From Giardia intestinalis (taxonomy: Eukaryota), in NCBI GenBank assembly GCA_000002435.2, contig CM018793.1: a DNA stretch of 64,000 bases. One strand, given 5' to 3'. Under the pieces are notes generated by a model. That model saw only the letters and a list, made by a program, of their open reading frames with translations, was not told the DNA's origin and did not search any database. The translations under genes and the position numbers were made by a program. Below, piece by piece: positions 9,719 through 19,566 of the stretch (position 1 is its first letter; every line of letters begins with the position of its first letter).

Positions 9719-12700
9719 ATGCAAATTTCCTCTGTCGATGACTGGTTTACAGCTATCGAACGGGGAGACTGGGCTACGGTAGAGTCCAACGTTGAAGTAT
9801 TTCATGGAAGCCGCAACATGATGCACGAAACTGGCTTGATGTGTGCTGCCCGCAAAGACTTTGTGGATGTGGTTAGAGTGTTAATGGAGCATGAGGCAAA
9901 GCTCCGAGATCATAATGGATATACTGCTCTTATGTTTGCGTGCGAAAACAATGCAGCGGATTCTGCAAGGCTACTCCTAGGTCTCGAAAAGCACATCTTT
10001 TTATTTGATGGCCGGACAGCCCTTCACATAGCTTGTGAGAGTAACTCAAACGCATGCGTGGAGCTTCTAGCTAGAGAGCTGGGGAGTGTGCGTGATAAGC
10101 ACGGGCGGTCAAGCCTTTTTTCGGCAGCAGAGGTGGGCAATACTACTGCTATATCCATATTGTTACTAGTAGCATCCTTTTCTAAAAAAGAGATTCAGCA
10201 AGCAAAATCCACTCTCAAAAGTCTGGGGATACCGTCTGATGAGCTTCTTTTTGATGAGCATGCAACTTTGGACTCCAACGGGTGCGCAGATGTTTCAGGT
10301 TCTCACCAGTGCCAATGCGAGCAACTGCTCTCTGCTCAGGACACGCATGACGGCGTTGTATCTGATGGCGGATCAGCCATAGAAGATGTGGTTGAAACTC
10401 CAGATCCTGTCATGCAGTTGAAGACAGAACTTAAGCGCAAGACAGCAGTAATAGAACAGCTGAATGAGGAAGTAGAAGCCATGCGAGCACAACTACATAA
10501 TGCACAGCAGCTCGTAAAGCAGAAAAACGCAGAGGTAGAGGCTCAAAATATTGCAGGAGATGTCTCAAACTCTATGTCACTATATAGATTTTTATCTCTG
10601 ACACCAGCAGTAGCACGTATCAATCTGACCACCGAACTCTCAAATGTCCTGGTGGCTGTTCCGACAGCATCACTTCCACAGAGGATGGTGACCACCGATG
10701 TCATGTGGACAAGTGACGTGCAGCATCTTCTTGATACAAAAGCGCAGGAGTTAGCCATGCTTTATGACGTACTAACTATTATTTCGGGCCTCTTTCTTGA
10801 GGTGGATGAGGACTTGGCGAAGGATCTCCTTCTTCTCTGCCACTCTTCTCGTTCAGCTTCAACGACTTACTCGCTGTATGACGGAAATGTACGCCTGGAT
10901 GGCATACTTAATTGTCTGCCTGACACAGAGAAGTTTTCGGGATCTTCGCCTTCTCTGCTCCAGCCTTTACTTAAAGGTATTAAGGAGAAGGCAAAAGCAA
11001 TTGGAAAAATCAGCAGTGCTCTCATGAAGAAGGTTCAGTCTATCTTATGGAGAGAGCAGGAGCTCACATCACAAGTAGAATATCTCGAAGAGGAACGAAG
11101 TAATCTCTTAGACAAGCTTGTTGAGGCACGCTCAGTTAGGTGTGCAGGGAATTTCGGGGCAAATGGAGAACTGACCACAGACGAAGCCATACAAGTCTCA
11201 TGTAACGATAGCCTCTTGGATAGCGTAAGAACCCTGCTCAGTGATCACAAGATATTACTCCCGTGTCCCCAATGGGACGACCTGCATCTAGAGCAGTCCG
11301 CCGCCACTTTAGGAGGCGTTGCCAGCGCTAACGCTAGCATGGCAGGAATTGACCAAAGCATGTCAGGCACCACCTTCTTAACACACGACCCTGGCGCAAC
11401 GTCTTTTACTGCATCGTATACAACTGCGGCTCGTCAAACAGTTCAAAAGAATTATGCGGCGTATGTACGCAGTCTGGAGATGAATGTAGCAAAGACAACA
11501 GCACAGCTAGCTATAATCCATCATAACTTGCAATCTAGTAGATGGAATATGACTGATTTTGGTCCACTTCTAGCTGCCTCCGAAAGGCCCAGTGGCGTAG
11601 CAGAACGATCGAGGGTAGTGACTAGTGATCGATCTACGTCTCCTGTTGCCGAATTTGAGCACAAGGGGCTTATGTTAGAGAACAAGCGCCTTAATTCTAT
11701 TATCGACGAGCTGAAACTAGCACTAAACAACACTCCTCTAGAAGCAAACGAAACAGAAGAAGAATGCTTCGAGCGGCAGCTCCGCAGATTGTCTTCATTG
11801 CCACAGTCACAACTTACCGGAAAGGGTATTGCAGTTGGTCCTCAGACCATAGAGTACCTTCGAAGGAAGCTATTAGCAGACATGCAGCCTGCAGGGCCCG
11901 CTTTCCATGTACCCATGCAAAGACCTCCCTCGCAGGCTGTGCCCTTTATAGGGTCTATGGCCCCCGACGCTGCACGGTTGCATGCCTCGTACGCTAAGCT
12001 TGCTCAGCCTGTCGATACACTCTTAGATGATCTACTGAGTAGCAATAAGCCATTACTAGAAGTTAGTGCCAAGGCCGAGATAGCAAGAAAGGATTATCTT
12101 CATCTGACATCAGGTTTGTTGCCTAATGCCACTAGCATCGAGCCTCCCTCTGTCTCCCCTGAGGATGCTCCCAGTCACTCGTCTACCCTATCTGGTGGTG
12201 TAGAGTTAGCCAGACGGTCCGCAACCCTGACTCCCCTGATGGTCGCTATTTATTCTAAATCGTTGCTCGATGTGGAGAGATATTTAGACTATGCGGGCCA
12301 AGCCAAATTAGATGGAACAACCGCCCTAATGCTTGCAGTCGAACTAGGGTTTACTGAAGCAGTCAAGGTACTTAGAAACAAAGAGAGTCGGTTTGTACGT
12401 GATGACGGAGTAACGGCTCTAAAGTTAGCTAAGGATACTGGTCACAGTGAGATTATTGCACTCCTATCCCAAAAACCAAATGAAGAAACGTCTGATAGCT
12501 CTCCAAAGATCGAAGATATGCGACTGGATTTGCACGAGGCTGCTAGAAACTTCCAAATAGACGAGCTTCAACGGCTTGCTATACCGCTAGCAAAAACCCG
12601 AGATCATAAGGGTCGCACGGCTCTTATGGTGGCTGCATCAGTAGGAAATTCTGCTGCAGTTGAGACCCTATTGCAGCTCGAAGGCGGGCTCCAAGATGCA

Positions 12701-12883
12701 CGCGGTACAACGGCCCTTATGCTGGCTGCCGAGCAGGGTCACTTGGACTGTGTGCGACTCTTATCTCCACATGAAAAAGACATTCATGATAACTCGGGAT
12801 ACGACGCGCTGTTTTACATGGCTCGAAGTAAGGTGTGCATTCCACCGGAGATCTTGCGCAAAATGCAGGAGTATCTGTTATGA
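9719..12883 (+). CDS. Ankyrin-repeat protein with central coiled coil (Giardia 'Protein 21.1' type)
   Basis: N- and C-terminal ankyrin repeats (…GYTALMFACENN…, …GRTALMVAASVGNSAAVETLLQ…, …GTTALMLAAEQGHLDCVRLL…) flank a coiled-coil and low-complexity middle. Confidence 0.8.
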   Translation: MQISSVDDWFTAIERGDWATVESNVEVFHGSRNMMHETGLMCAARKDFVDVVRVLMEHEAKLRDHNGYTALMFACENNAADSARLLLGLEKHIFLFDGRTALHIACESNSNACVELLARELGSVRDKHGRSSLFSAAEVGNTTAISILLLVASFSKKEIQQAKSTLKSLGIPSDELLFDEHATLDSNGCADVSGSHQCQCEQLLSAQDTHDGVVSDGGSAIEDVVETPDPVMQLKTELKRKTAVIEQLNEEVEAMRAQLHNAQQLVKQKNAEVEAQNIAGDVSNSMSLYRFLSLTPAVARINLTTELSNVLVAVPTASLPQRMVTTDVMWTSDVQHLLDTKAQELAMLYDVLTIISGLFLEVDEDLAKDLLLLCHSSRSASTTYSLYDGNVRLDGILNCLPDTEKFSGSSPSLLQPLLKGIKEKAKAIGKISSALMKKVQSILWREQELTSQVEYLEEERSNLLDKLVEARSVRCAGNFGANGELTTDEAIQVSCNDSLLDSVRTLLSDHKILLPCPQWDDLHLEQSAATLGGVASANASMAGIDQSMSGTTFLTHDPGATSFTASYTTAARQTVQKNYAAYVRSLEMNVAKTTAQLAIIHHNLQSSRWNMTDFGPLLAASERPSGVAERSRVVTSDRSTSPVAEFEHKGLMLENKRLNSIIDELKLALNNTPLEANETEEECFERQLRRLSSLPQSQLTGKGIAVGPQTIEYLRRKLLADMQPAGPAFHVPMQRPPSQAVPFIGSMAPDAARLHASYAKLAQPVDTLLDDLLSSNKPLLEVSAKAEIARKDYLHLTSGLLPNATSIEPPSVSPEDAPSHSSTLSGGVELARRSATLTPLMVAIYSKSLLDVERYLDYAGQAKLDGTTALMLAVELGFTEAVKVLRNKESRFVRDDGVTALKLAKDTGHSEIIALLSQKPNEETSDSSPKIEDMRLDLHEAARNFQIDELQRLAIPLAKTRDHKGRTALMVAASVGNSAAVETLLQLEGGLQDARGTTALMLAAEQGHLDCVRLLSPHEKDIHDNSGYDALFYMARSKVCIPPEILRKMQEYLL

Positions 12884-15800
12884 TTGGAAAAACTTATCTG
12901 CAATCTTGTTCTGGAGTTCTTCGATTTCAAGATCAATACTGTTGATATCTATTGAGGGGCGCTTGATGACTGGGGAAGGCTCATCCTTGGTCCGCATGTA
13001 ATTGATGACGGGCTTGATTGTAGCACTTATCCCAGACTGACTACTGAAGTCTCCGATTGCAAGACTACGACTGCCTTCTTGAAGGACATCCGCACCTGAC
13101 GGACGGGCTGCGCTGTATGCTAGATCCATTATTTGTTCCTGCATGCGTGTTTCCCGCTGTGCTAACTCTTCTTTTTGCATTTCTAGACTCATGATCTTTG
13201 TCCGTTGTGCAAAGTCGAGACCCTTGTAGTACTGGATATCCTCCTTTAAGCTCTGGACCTCAGCCTTGGCCTCTTCAGTTAGCCGCATTGACTCCTCGAC
13301 GGCAGCCTGGTGATCTGCTCTGTCTAGGGTAGCAGCCTGGTCCACTGCGCTGAGCTGGGCCCGTGTGGCCAACAGCTGTGCCTCTGTACGCGCTGTTTTT
13401 GCAATCATATCCGATTTAAACTGCTGTGCCTGCATGATTCCCTCACGCAAAAGTCTATTTGCCTCAAGCTGCTCTTGAATGGTGGTATCTCGCGCCTGAA
13501 TATCTGCTTGCAAACGTCTGTTTTGACCCAGCAGAGCATGGTGATCTGTCTGGAGGTTAGCATACTTTTCTGCAAGAGACTTGAGCTCCACACGCAGTAG
13601 GGCTATGTCAGTGAATTCCGCTTCTACATGTAAATGGTCTATGTTCCTTACTGCCTCTAGCTCCTGTTCGAGGGCGACTATCCGCTTGTCTCTGCTTGCG
13701 AGGGTATCCTCGTGAGCTTGCTGGGCACATAGTAAATCATTGTACTTGCCTTCTAATTGGGTTACCTTATCTCTGAGTGCGTGCTGGGCCGTAACGTTAG
13801 CGCTTAACTCCTTAGAAAGCACAGATATCTTGCCCTTAAGCTTCTGAACGTAGGCCTGGCCTAACTCATTGTCTCCGTCCGTCGCTTTGGCCAGGGTGTC
13901 ACGAGTCCGCAAGTACAGTGCTGACCTCAGTGAGCCCATTGCAAGCAGCGCCAGATCTCTGTTCCTGTTTGACTGCAACGATGTTAGAAGGATTGCGGTA
14001 GAGCTATCTGATGAGTACCTCCAGATCTTGAAGGACCGCTTCATCAACAATTGTGCGGCCAAAGCGTCTGCTCTGCTAGCATGTAATTCAATGAAAGCTT
14101 TAATAGCTGGATGCATAATGAGAAGGGGTGTCTGGCTTTTCCAGGTATGAAATGCCCGTTTTCGAAGAGTACTATCAAGCCTACTAACTAATAATTGTAC
14201 CATGATTCTAGTCTGTCTCATTCGGAGGTATCTCTGGACAAGAGCACCGAAGGCAGTCCTAGTGATTACCCTATTTTTCAATGCTACCATGGCCCTTATC
14301 TTTTCAGCGCGGCGAGTGTACCTCAGCAAAGAAACCCATGCCCTACAAATCAATCTCGTCCTAGTATTTAACTGTACAGTGCTCTCTGCATGCCTCATGC
14401 ACGAGATCCTTTCACGCCACAGGTTCAGGACCCCTCGGAAAGAGAGGATGTCTGTTCTCGGCGGACCATGTAGCTCCAACCAGCGAGCGTAGCGTTGGCT
14501 ACGTTCCGAGGCTCGCCGCTCTGACTCCGCACAGAGAGACAGAAGAGCGATTCTCTGAAGAATCTGCGTTTCATAATACTCTATTGCCTTGCTAAGGTCT
14601 CGACGAGTGACACTTTGGGATTTATGTGCATTCAGCTCAGAAACATGTGCCTTCCATGTAATGAAAATGTTTCGCAACCGTTGTTGAGGTAGAATGACAG
14701 TCTCTAGCAACACACTTTTGAAACAATCTTGTGAAAGCTTGCGAATTGTAGCAAAAGATCTAGACAATAAAAAATATCGATACTGTGCATGGGCATGGTT
14801 CTCGAGCTTCCCTAGCCTCATTTGAGCCCTGCAGTTCTGAACAAAGGTGTCCAATGCAGCACGCTTCATGATCCTAGTGAATAGAGCTGCAAAATGTTCA
14901 AGGCGCGCGGTTTGCTTCCGAGCGGTTGCGCTGTAATCGCCGCTATTTTCATTCAGATAACTTCCAGATGAAAAGGACTGCTGCTTGGAACTGGAATCAG
15001 AATACTTTGCACGAAGAAGAGACAATTCTTTTGCCTGTTCAGCAATGATAGATTGAAGCTCTTGAGGAGAAGAAAGAGAGTATCGATTAATGATATGTGC
15101 AAGACTGTGTGCAGACTGGTCACTGGATAAGTGGACATCTAGATCGCCAATAATCATGCCAGTGTTACTTAAATCGGAGACGTACCCGGGGCCCTTGTGA
15201 GCCTGGAATGAGTTATTGATTGAGCCATTGATTTGCTTATGAAGGCTTATGGAGGCAGAACGCTTCCTTCTGGATTCTGCAATTTGGTTATAGGCAGCTG
15301 TACTTGCTTGTGTAAGAGAGACAAGTGGATCTGGCCTTCCCTCTGTAGATGAGGGCCTAGCGGACCTAGCGTGCTCGTTCTGCTTATGTAGCTTATTCAG
15401 GGAAATAGGGTCTGGGCGGTGTCCCGAATGCATGCTTTGGGTGTCTGCCTCTGCCAATTCGCTGAAGGTTCGCATATTCATTTTGTTGGGGAAGAGCTCA
15501 ATAGAGTGAGGGGCACTTTCCGTCGCGTGCTTAAATATGTCCTTTTCATCCCTATCGGCCTCGTGTAGTGATCTGAGAATGGTGCTAGGTTGATCTCCAG
15601 GAAGGGTGGTCATGTCTCGGACTAAAGATGCATTTGATAGAGGGCGATCCCCTACCTGCGCAGTGTTCTCGATGTGCGACTGCACATCACTCGGCAGTTT
15701 GTTGCCTTCTATGTGCTGGGCCGCCTTGAGTTTCTCTCTGAGGGATTTGGGAGAAAACCTCTGTGCTATCTCCACTACACAGTTTGCTTGACGAGGCTTG

Positions 15801-16360
15801 CTAGTTGCATCAAAGCCGCCAACTACAAGCTTGGCGGCTTCTTCACGCTCAGCCTCGGTAACATCTTGCCCATCCAAAGATTGGAGAGAGGCACAGGCAG
15901 CTATGACCCTAATACGATAGTCACTTTGCCGCGCAATTCCATTTCCATCCAAGCGAAGCGTACGAAGATTAGGTAGAGCTGACAGGTACTCCAATTGAGA
16001 GATATCAACTATATCATTATATGCCAGTGAAAGAGACCGTAAGCGTGGAAACTGCGTAACTCCTGCAAGGTCCGATATCCTATTGTTGGAAAGAAAAAGC
16101 GTAGATATACCTCTGTATTGTGAAGGCAGGACGTCTATTTCCTCTATCCCCTTTTCAATAATGTTGATTTTCCCTGCAGAAAAACACGCAGGGTATTTTT
16201 CAATGTAGGTGCTCAGCAGTGTGAGAGGCCTGTTAGGCAGTTGCTTTTGAGGCTTAGCCCCTCTATTTTGTGCAGATCGAGTTCTCATGGCGTACTCTTG
16301 CTGGATAGCAGTCCGATAGAGTTGGTGAGCTACGTAACTCTTGCCGCCAGCAGGCTGCAT
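12878..16360 (-). CDS. Leucine-rich-repeat plus long coiled-coil protein (centrosomal/axonemal LRR-CC type)
   Basis: N-terminal LRRs (LFLSNNRISDLAGVTQFPRLRSLSLAYNDIVDISQLEYLSALPNLRTLRLDGNGI) followed by about 700 aa of heptad-rich coiled coil. ORF-track start 16378 is TTG; the first ATG is 16358-16360. Its 3' end overlaps the convergent gene by 6 bp. Confidence 0.6.
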   Translation of the reverse strand: MQPAGGKSYVAHQLYRTAIQQEYAMRTRSAQNRGAKPQKQLPNRPLTLLSTYIEKYPACFSAGKINIIEKGIEEIDVLPSQYRGISTLFLSNNRISDLAGVTQFPRLRSLSLAYNDIVDISQLEYLSALPNLRTLRLDGNGIARQSDYRIRVIAACASLQSLDGQDVTEAEREEAAKLVVGGFDATSKPRQANCVVEIAQRFSPKSLREKLKAAQHIEGNKLPSDVQSHIENTAQVGDRPLSNASLVRDMTTLPGDQPSTILRSLHEADRDEKDIFKHATESAPHSIELFPNKMNMRTFSELAEADTQSMHSGHRPDPISLNKLHKQNEHARSARPSSTEGRPDPLVSLTQASTAAYNQIAESRRKRSASISLHKQINGSINNSFQAHKGPGYVSDLSNTGMIIGDLDVHLSSDQSAHSLAHIINRYSLSSPQELQSIIAEQAKELSLLRAKYSDSSSKQQSFSSGSYLNENSGDYSATARKQTARLEHFAALFTRIMKRAALDTFVQNCRAQMRLGKLENHAHAQYRYFLLSRSFATIRKLSQDCFKSVLLETVILPQQRLRNIFITWKAHVSELNAHKSQSVTRRDLSKAIEYYETQILQRIALLSLCAESERRASERSQRYARWLELHGPPRTDILSFRGVLNLWRERISCMRHAESTVQLNTRTRLICRAWVSLLRYTRRAEKIRAMVALKNRVITRTAFGALVQRYLRMRQTRIMVQLLVSRLDSTLRKRAFHTWKSQTPLLIMHPAIKAFIELHASRADALAAQLLMKRSFKIWRYSSDSSTAILLTSLQSNRNRDLALLAMGSLRSALYLRTRDTLAKATDGDNELGQAYVQKLKGKISVLSKELSANVTAQHALRDKVTQLEGKYNDLLCAQQAHEDTLASRDKRIVALEQELEAVRNIDHLHVEAEFTDIALLRVELKSLAEKYANLQTDHHALLGQNRRLQADIQARDTTIQEQLEANRLLREGIMQAQQFKSDMIAKTARTEAQLLATRAQLSAVDQAATLDRADHQAAVEESMRLTEEAKAEVQSLKEDIQYYKGLDFAQRTKIMSLEMQKEELAQRETRMQEQIMDLAYSAARPSGADVLQEGSRSLAIGDFSSQSGISATIKPVINYMRTKDEPSPVIKRPSIDINSIDLEIEELQNKIADKFFQS

Positions 16361-16461
16361 GCTCCGGTGGGCTCCCAAATTTTAAGTTAAGTTTTAGCTC
16401 TCTCACAAGGAAAGACCCTCAGAGATATTTACAACCAAATTGCGTCGCTGTCTCGCACGAC

Positions 16462-16908
16462 CTAGAAATAAATAGCCATCATGAGGCCCTTCTGCTTCAT
16501 GCCGCACTTTTTATAGAACTCTGCCGTGTCCGGGTCAGTATCCAGAATAACCTTGTAACAGTCGTTGTTCCTTGCCCGCTCTATCAGTGAAGTAATCAAA
16601 AAGCGCCCTATTCCTTGGTTCCGAAGAGTAAGATCTACGACAACGTCCTCGATATGACCAACAGACCGCCCTGCGTGGAGCAGCTTTGGCTCGATAATAA
16701 GTGTCGCGCATGCACAAACGGTGTCAGTTTCATCCACAACAACAGTTACGTCGTGAGATGGATTTGTGCTGACACTCTTGTAGAAGCTCACGAGCTTTTC
16801 GCGCGGAACTTCTCCCACCACGGAAAGTTGCTCCAGCAGTGTAGTCAGGCGTGAAAGGTCACGTTCCTGGATAGAGCGCAAAGAGTAGCGCCCCAGGTAC
16901 TTGGCCAT
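16462..16908 (-). CDS. GNA1: Glucosamine-6-phosphate N-acetyltransferase (GNAT family; UDP-GalNAc cyst-wall precursor pathway)
   Basis: Matches GNA1 core motifs: ATLIIEPKLLHAGRSVGHIEDVVV, RNQGIGRFLITSLIE, CYKVILD, FYKKCG. ORF-track start 16920 is TTG; the first ATG is 16906-16908. Confidence 0.85.
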   Translation of the reverse strand: MAKYLGRYSLRSIQERDLSRLTTLLEQLSVVGEVPREKLVSFYKSVSTNPSHDVTVVVDETDTVCACATLIIEPKLLHAGRSVGHIEDVVVDLTLRNQGIGRFLITSLIERARNNDCYKVILDTDPDTAEFYKKCGMKQKGLMMAIYF

Positions 16909-17007
16909 CCCTCTCTGCAAAATTCTCCAAAGGCGAAGGATAAAAAATGTGCAGACATATTACCTTTTCCCGCCTCGTCTCAGCCTTTTTGTAATAAATC
17001 TCCTCAA
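16909..17007. promoter_or_regulatory. 99-bp divergent intergenic region shared by GNA1 (-) and the CBS-pyrophosphatase (+). Presumed bidirectional promoter
   Basis: AT-rich tracts GGATAAAAAATGTG and TTTGTAATAAATCTCCTCAAATG. A CTACAG (Myb2-site-like) hexamer lies at 17012-17017 just inside the + gene. Confidence 0.4.
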
Positions 17008-19095
17008 ATGTCTACAGGAGGTCTATTTTCTTCAGGCGTCTACTCTACAAACTTTGCTCCAAATCATAAAAAACACAGGTCTATGGAGGCTGCAGATCTT
17101 GTCCAGGAGCAGCCCGCCCCCATTGTGGTGATAGGGCGGAAAAACCCTAACTCCGACTCTATCCTTTCTGCGGTGGCATATGCCCATTTGCTCCAACGCC
17201 TTATGCCACATAGAACAATAACCGCCGCTGCCGCTGGCCCCATAAATGCACAAGCCTCCTACGTCTTGAAGAGGTTTAAGACAAAGAGTCCTGAAATCAT
17301 TCTCGACATCACTCCCCGTGCCCAGCATTTCAACAAGGACCAGCTAGTTGCCCTTACCGAAGATGAGCCACTGTCGCGTGCCCTGGAGCTCTACTCCATT
17401 TACAAGTTTCACGTTCTTCCGGTAATTAATAGCCAAGATCAGTGCATTGGACAGATTGCGCTGACTGACATGTTTTCTGACTTCTTGAGACCACACAGAG
17501 AGGGAGACCTCAAGAGTGTCATCACTTCCCTCAACACAGTAAAGAAGACGGTAAGGGGCCGGTTTCTCTTTTCATCGTCAATAAGCAATAAATCGAGCTC
17601 AACCCCCATGCGGCCAGGGCACGACCAGATACGACGATACAATATCATCACACCTGTAACCGTCCCGGAATATTTTGCCACCCAGACCTCCCACTTCACT
17701 CCCGAAGACTGGCAGTCTTGTATCTTCGTCGTCGGACACTATCCGGAAGTCATTGACATGATTATACGCAAAGGAGGCGGGTGTATCGTTCTCAGTCGTA
17801 GTAGCCATGTTATTGTTACTGCGAGCTCCCTGGACAGTCTTGTCAACGACAGCGACAGCAGCGACGACGAGTTTGGGGATAACGACCAGGACCCGCGAGG
17901 TTCTTTGAGCCATTCAAACTTACTGGCCACGCCATCTCTGAGCAGTTCTTTGATGACTCCAACGATAGGCGCCGTTAATACGGGAATTAGGCGGAACTCC
18001 AGTAGCTCCACCTTGTCCTCTTCACGAATCTTCACGGAGGAGCTCATCAACATGTTGAAACAAGGCAAGACGTCCGTTATCCTCACAAACATGGCCGTCT
18101 CGAGCGCAGCGATCCTTGTTAAGCAGTCCACCCCGGTCGGTCTCTACGTTAACAAGTCCAAGCACTTAATTGTGCCCGACACTATGATGCTAAGCGAAAT
18201 CAGAAAGAAGTTTGCCACGACTAAGGAGCGGGCCGTCTGTGTGGTTGACCCCTCGACAAACAAGCTCACAGGCGTTGTAACAGACATGGATCTTACAAAG
18301 AAGACACTCATCGAGGTCGTGCTTGTTGACCATAACGACATAGGCGACTCCGTTCAGGGAATAAAGTCCAGCGGGGTAGACATAATTGAAATTATAGACC
18401 ACCATAAGCTCAACAATCCCACAACACCCACTCCGATAAAGGTCACCATAGACCAGGTGGGGAGCACCTGCACCATAGTGACAAAGATGTTCCGGGACAA
18501 TGGAATTGTGCCCCCTGTGAACATCGCAGGGATCTTACTATCTGGAATAATATGCGACACCATTGGCCTCAGATCCCAGACAACAACCATATCTGATAAG
18601 AAAATGTGCGACTATTTAAGCCAGATTGTGGGAGTCAGCAGGCATGAGCTATCGCAGGAGATCTTCACAGCAAGCTCTGTCCTGATGAACTGTCAGAACA
18701 AGGAGAAACTGGTTCGTTCCGACATTCTCTCGTTCGACTTTCCAAACAAGCGCGAGAAGAAGTTTGCGATTGCAGAACTGCAGATCACCCAATACGATAT
18801 ACTCTCTCAGGGTACGCTGGCGGAGCTTCTTTCAATAGCCGAAAAGATTAAGGTGCACGACAAGTATCAGTTCGTGGCCATTCTTGCGACTAACATTGAT
18901 CCTAAGCAATCAGGATGGTCCAGCCTAATCTTCTACAGTGGCCCGGACTCCCTCATAGCTGAGCTCGGGTACACGCTGTTTAACGGAATGGATGGGATAT
19001 ACGAGTCTCGTGACATCACGAGCCGAAAGAAGCAGCTTCTCCCCCACATTCTCAGCGCGCTGAGTACTTTGGTGTTGGAGCGGGACGATTTGTAA
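17008..19095 (+). CDS. CBS-domain-containing family II (DHH/DHHA2) inorganic pyrophosphatase, bacterial CBS-PPase architecture
   Basis: N-terminal DHH motifs (IVVIGRKNPNSDSILSAVAYAHLL) are interrupted by CBS1 (HVLPVINSQDQCIGQIALTDMF), a DRTGG-like segment (FVVGHYPEVIDMIIRKGGGCIVLS) and CBS2 (VCVVDPSTNKLTGVVTDMDL). DHH motifs III/IV follow (VVLVDHND…IIEIIDHHKL), then DHHA2 (GSTCTIV…LLSGIICDTIGLRS). A Ser/Asp-rich low-complexity insert is present. Confidence 0.75.
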   Translation: MSTGGLFSSGVYSTNFAPNHKKHRSMEAADLVQEQPAPIVVIGRKNPNSDSILSAVAYAHLLQRLMPHRTITAAAAGPINAQASYVLKRFKTKSPEIILDITPRAQHFNKDQLVALTEDEPLSRALELYSIYKFHVLPVINSQDQCIGQIALTDMFSDFLRPHREGDLKSVITSLNTVKKTVRGRFLFSSSISNKSSSTPMRPGHDQIRRYNIITPVTVPEYFATQTSHFTPEDWQSCIFVVGHYPEVIDMIIRKGGGCIVLSRSSHVIVTASSLDSLVNDSDSSDDEFGDNDQDPRGSLSHSNLLATPSLSSSLMTPTIGAVNTGIRRNSSSSTLSSSRIFTEELINMLKQGKTSVILTNMAVSSAAILVKQSTPVGLYVNKSKHLIVPDTMMLSEIRKKFATTKERAVCVVDPSTNKLTGVVTDMDLTKKTLIEVVLVDHNDIGDSVQGIKSSGVDIIEIIDHHKLNNPTTPTPIKVTIDQVGSTCTIVTKMFRDNGIVPPVNIAGILLSGIICDTIGLRSQTTTISDKKMCDYLSQIVGVSRHELSQEIFTASSVLMNCQNKEKLVRSDILSFDFPNKREKKFAIAELQITQYDILSQGTLAELLSIAEKIKVHDKYQFVAILATNIDPKQSGWSSLIFYSGPDSLIAELGYTLFNGMDGIYESRDITSRKKQLLPHILSALSTLVLERDDL

Positions 19096-19203
19096 AGCAA
19101 TCTGAGTGTTTTTCTCACACTTCCTCTGTGCTGTGGTGAGCAGCAGCCTCCGCAAAGTGATCGATTGCATGCTGTGCAAGAAAATCCACTGATCCATACT
19201 TTA

Positions 19204-19233
19204 CTTTCATTCTACTCTTTCATTCTACTCTTT
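19204..19233. repeat. 13-bp direct tandem repeat (ctttcattctact, about 2.3 copies) in an intergenic region
   Basis: ctttcattctact ctttcattctact cttt, read directly from the sequence. Confidence 0.8.
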
Positions 19234-19566
19234 AGGCGCCAAATTACAAAAGGAGACAGCTCACTGTCGAACAATCAAGGTCACTACGAGTGCACAGGAA
19301 TTCTTCATTGTTGGAAGACAGCTAGTGGGACAACCACAGCGGCCAAAGGGAGCAACAAATGCCCGACACTCCTGAGCGTTCGCCCTGTCGCATCCAACGT
19401 CTCTGCAAGTGGTCCCTCAAGGCTAGCTAAACGGTTTTTTACGGCTCTTGCTGTGTCTGATAAGGCTTGTGTAAATGCGCCGCACGGGCGGAGATCATCC
19501 ACGGTAATATCTGCCATGTCCTGGTTTACAGTATTTTTAATTAGAAGCTTTTAAGCCCTCGAAGCC

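Noticed and set aside
19165-19554. 129-aa plus-strand ORF in the PP2C upstream spacer
   Set aside because: Poor protein-like composition and no initiator-like context. The antisense 70-aa ORF looks more plausible, and even that is low confidence.
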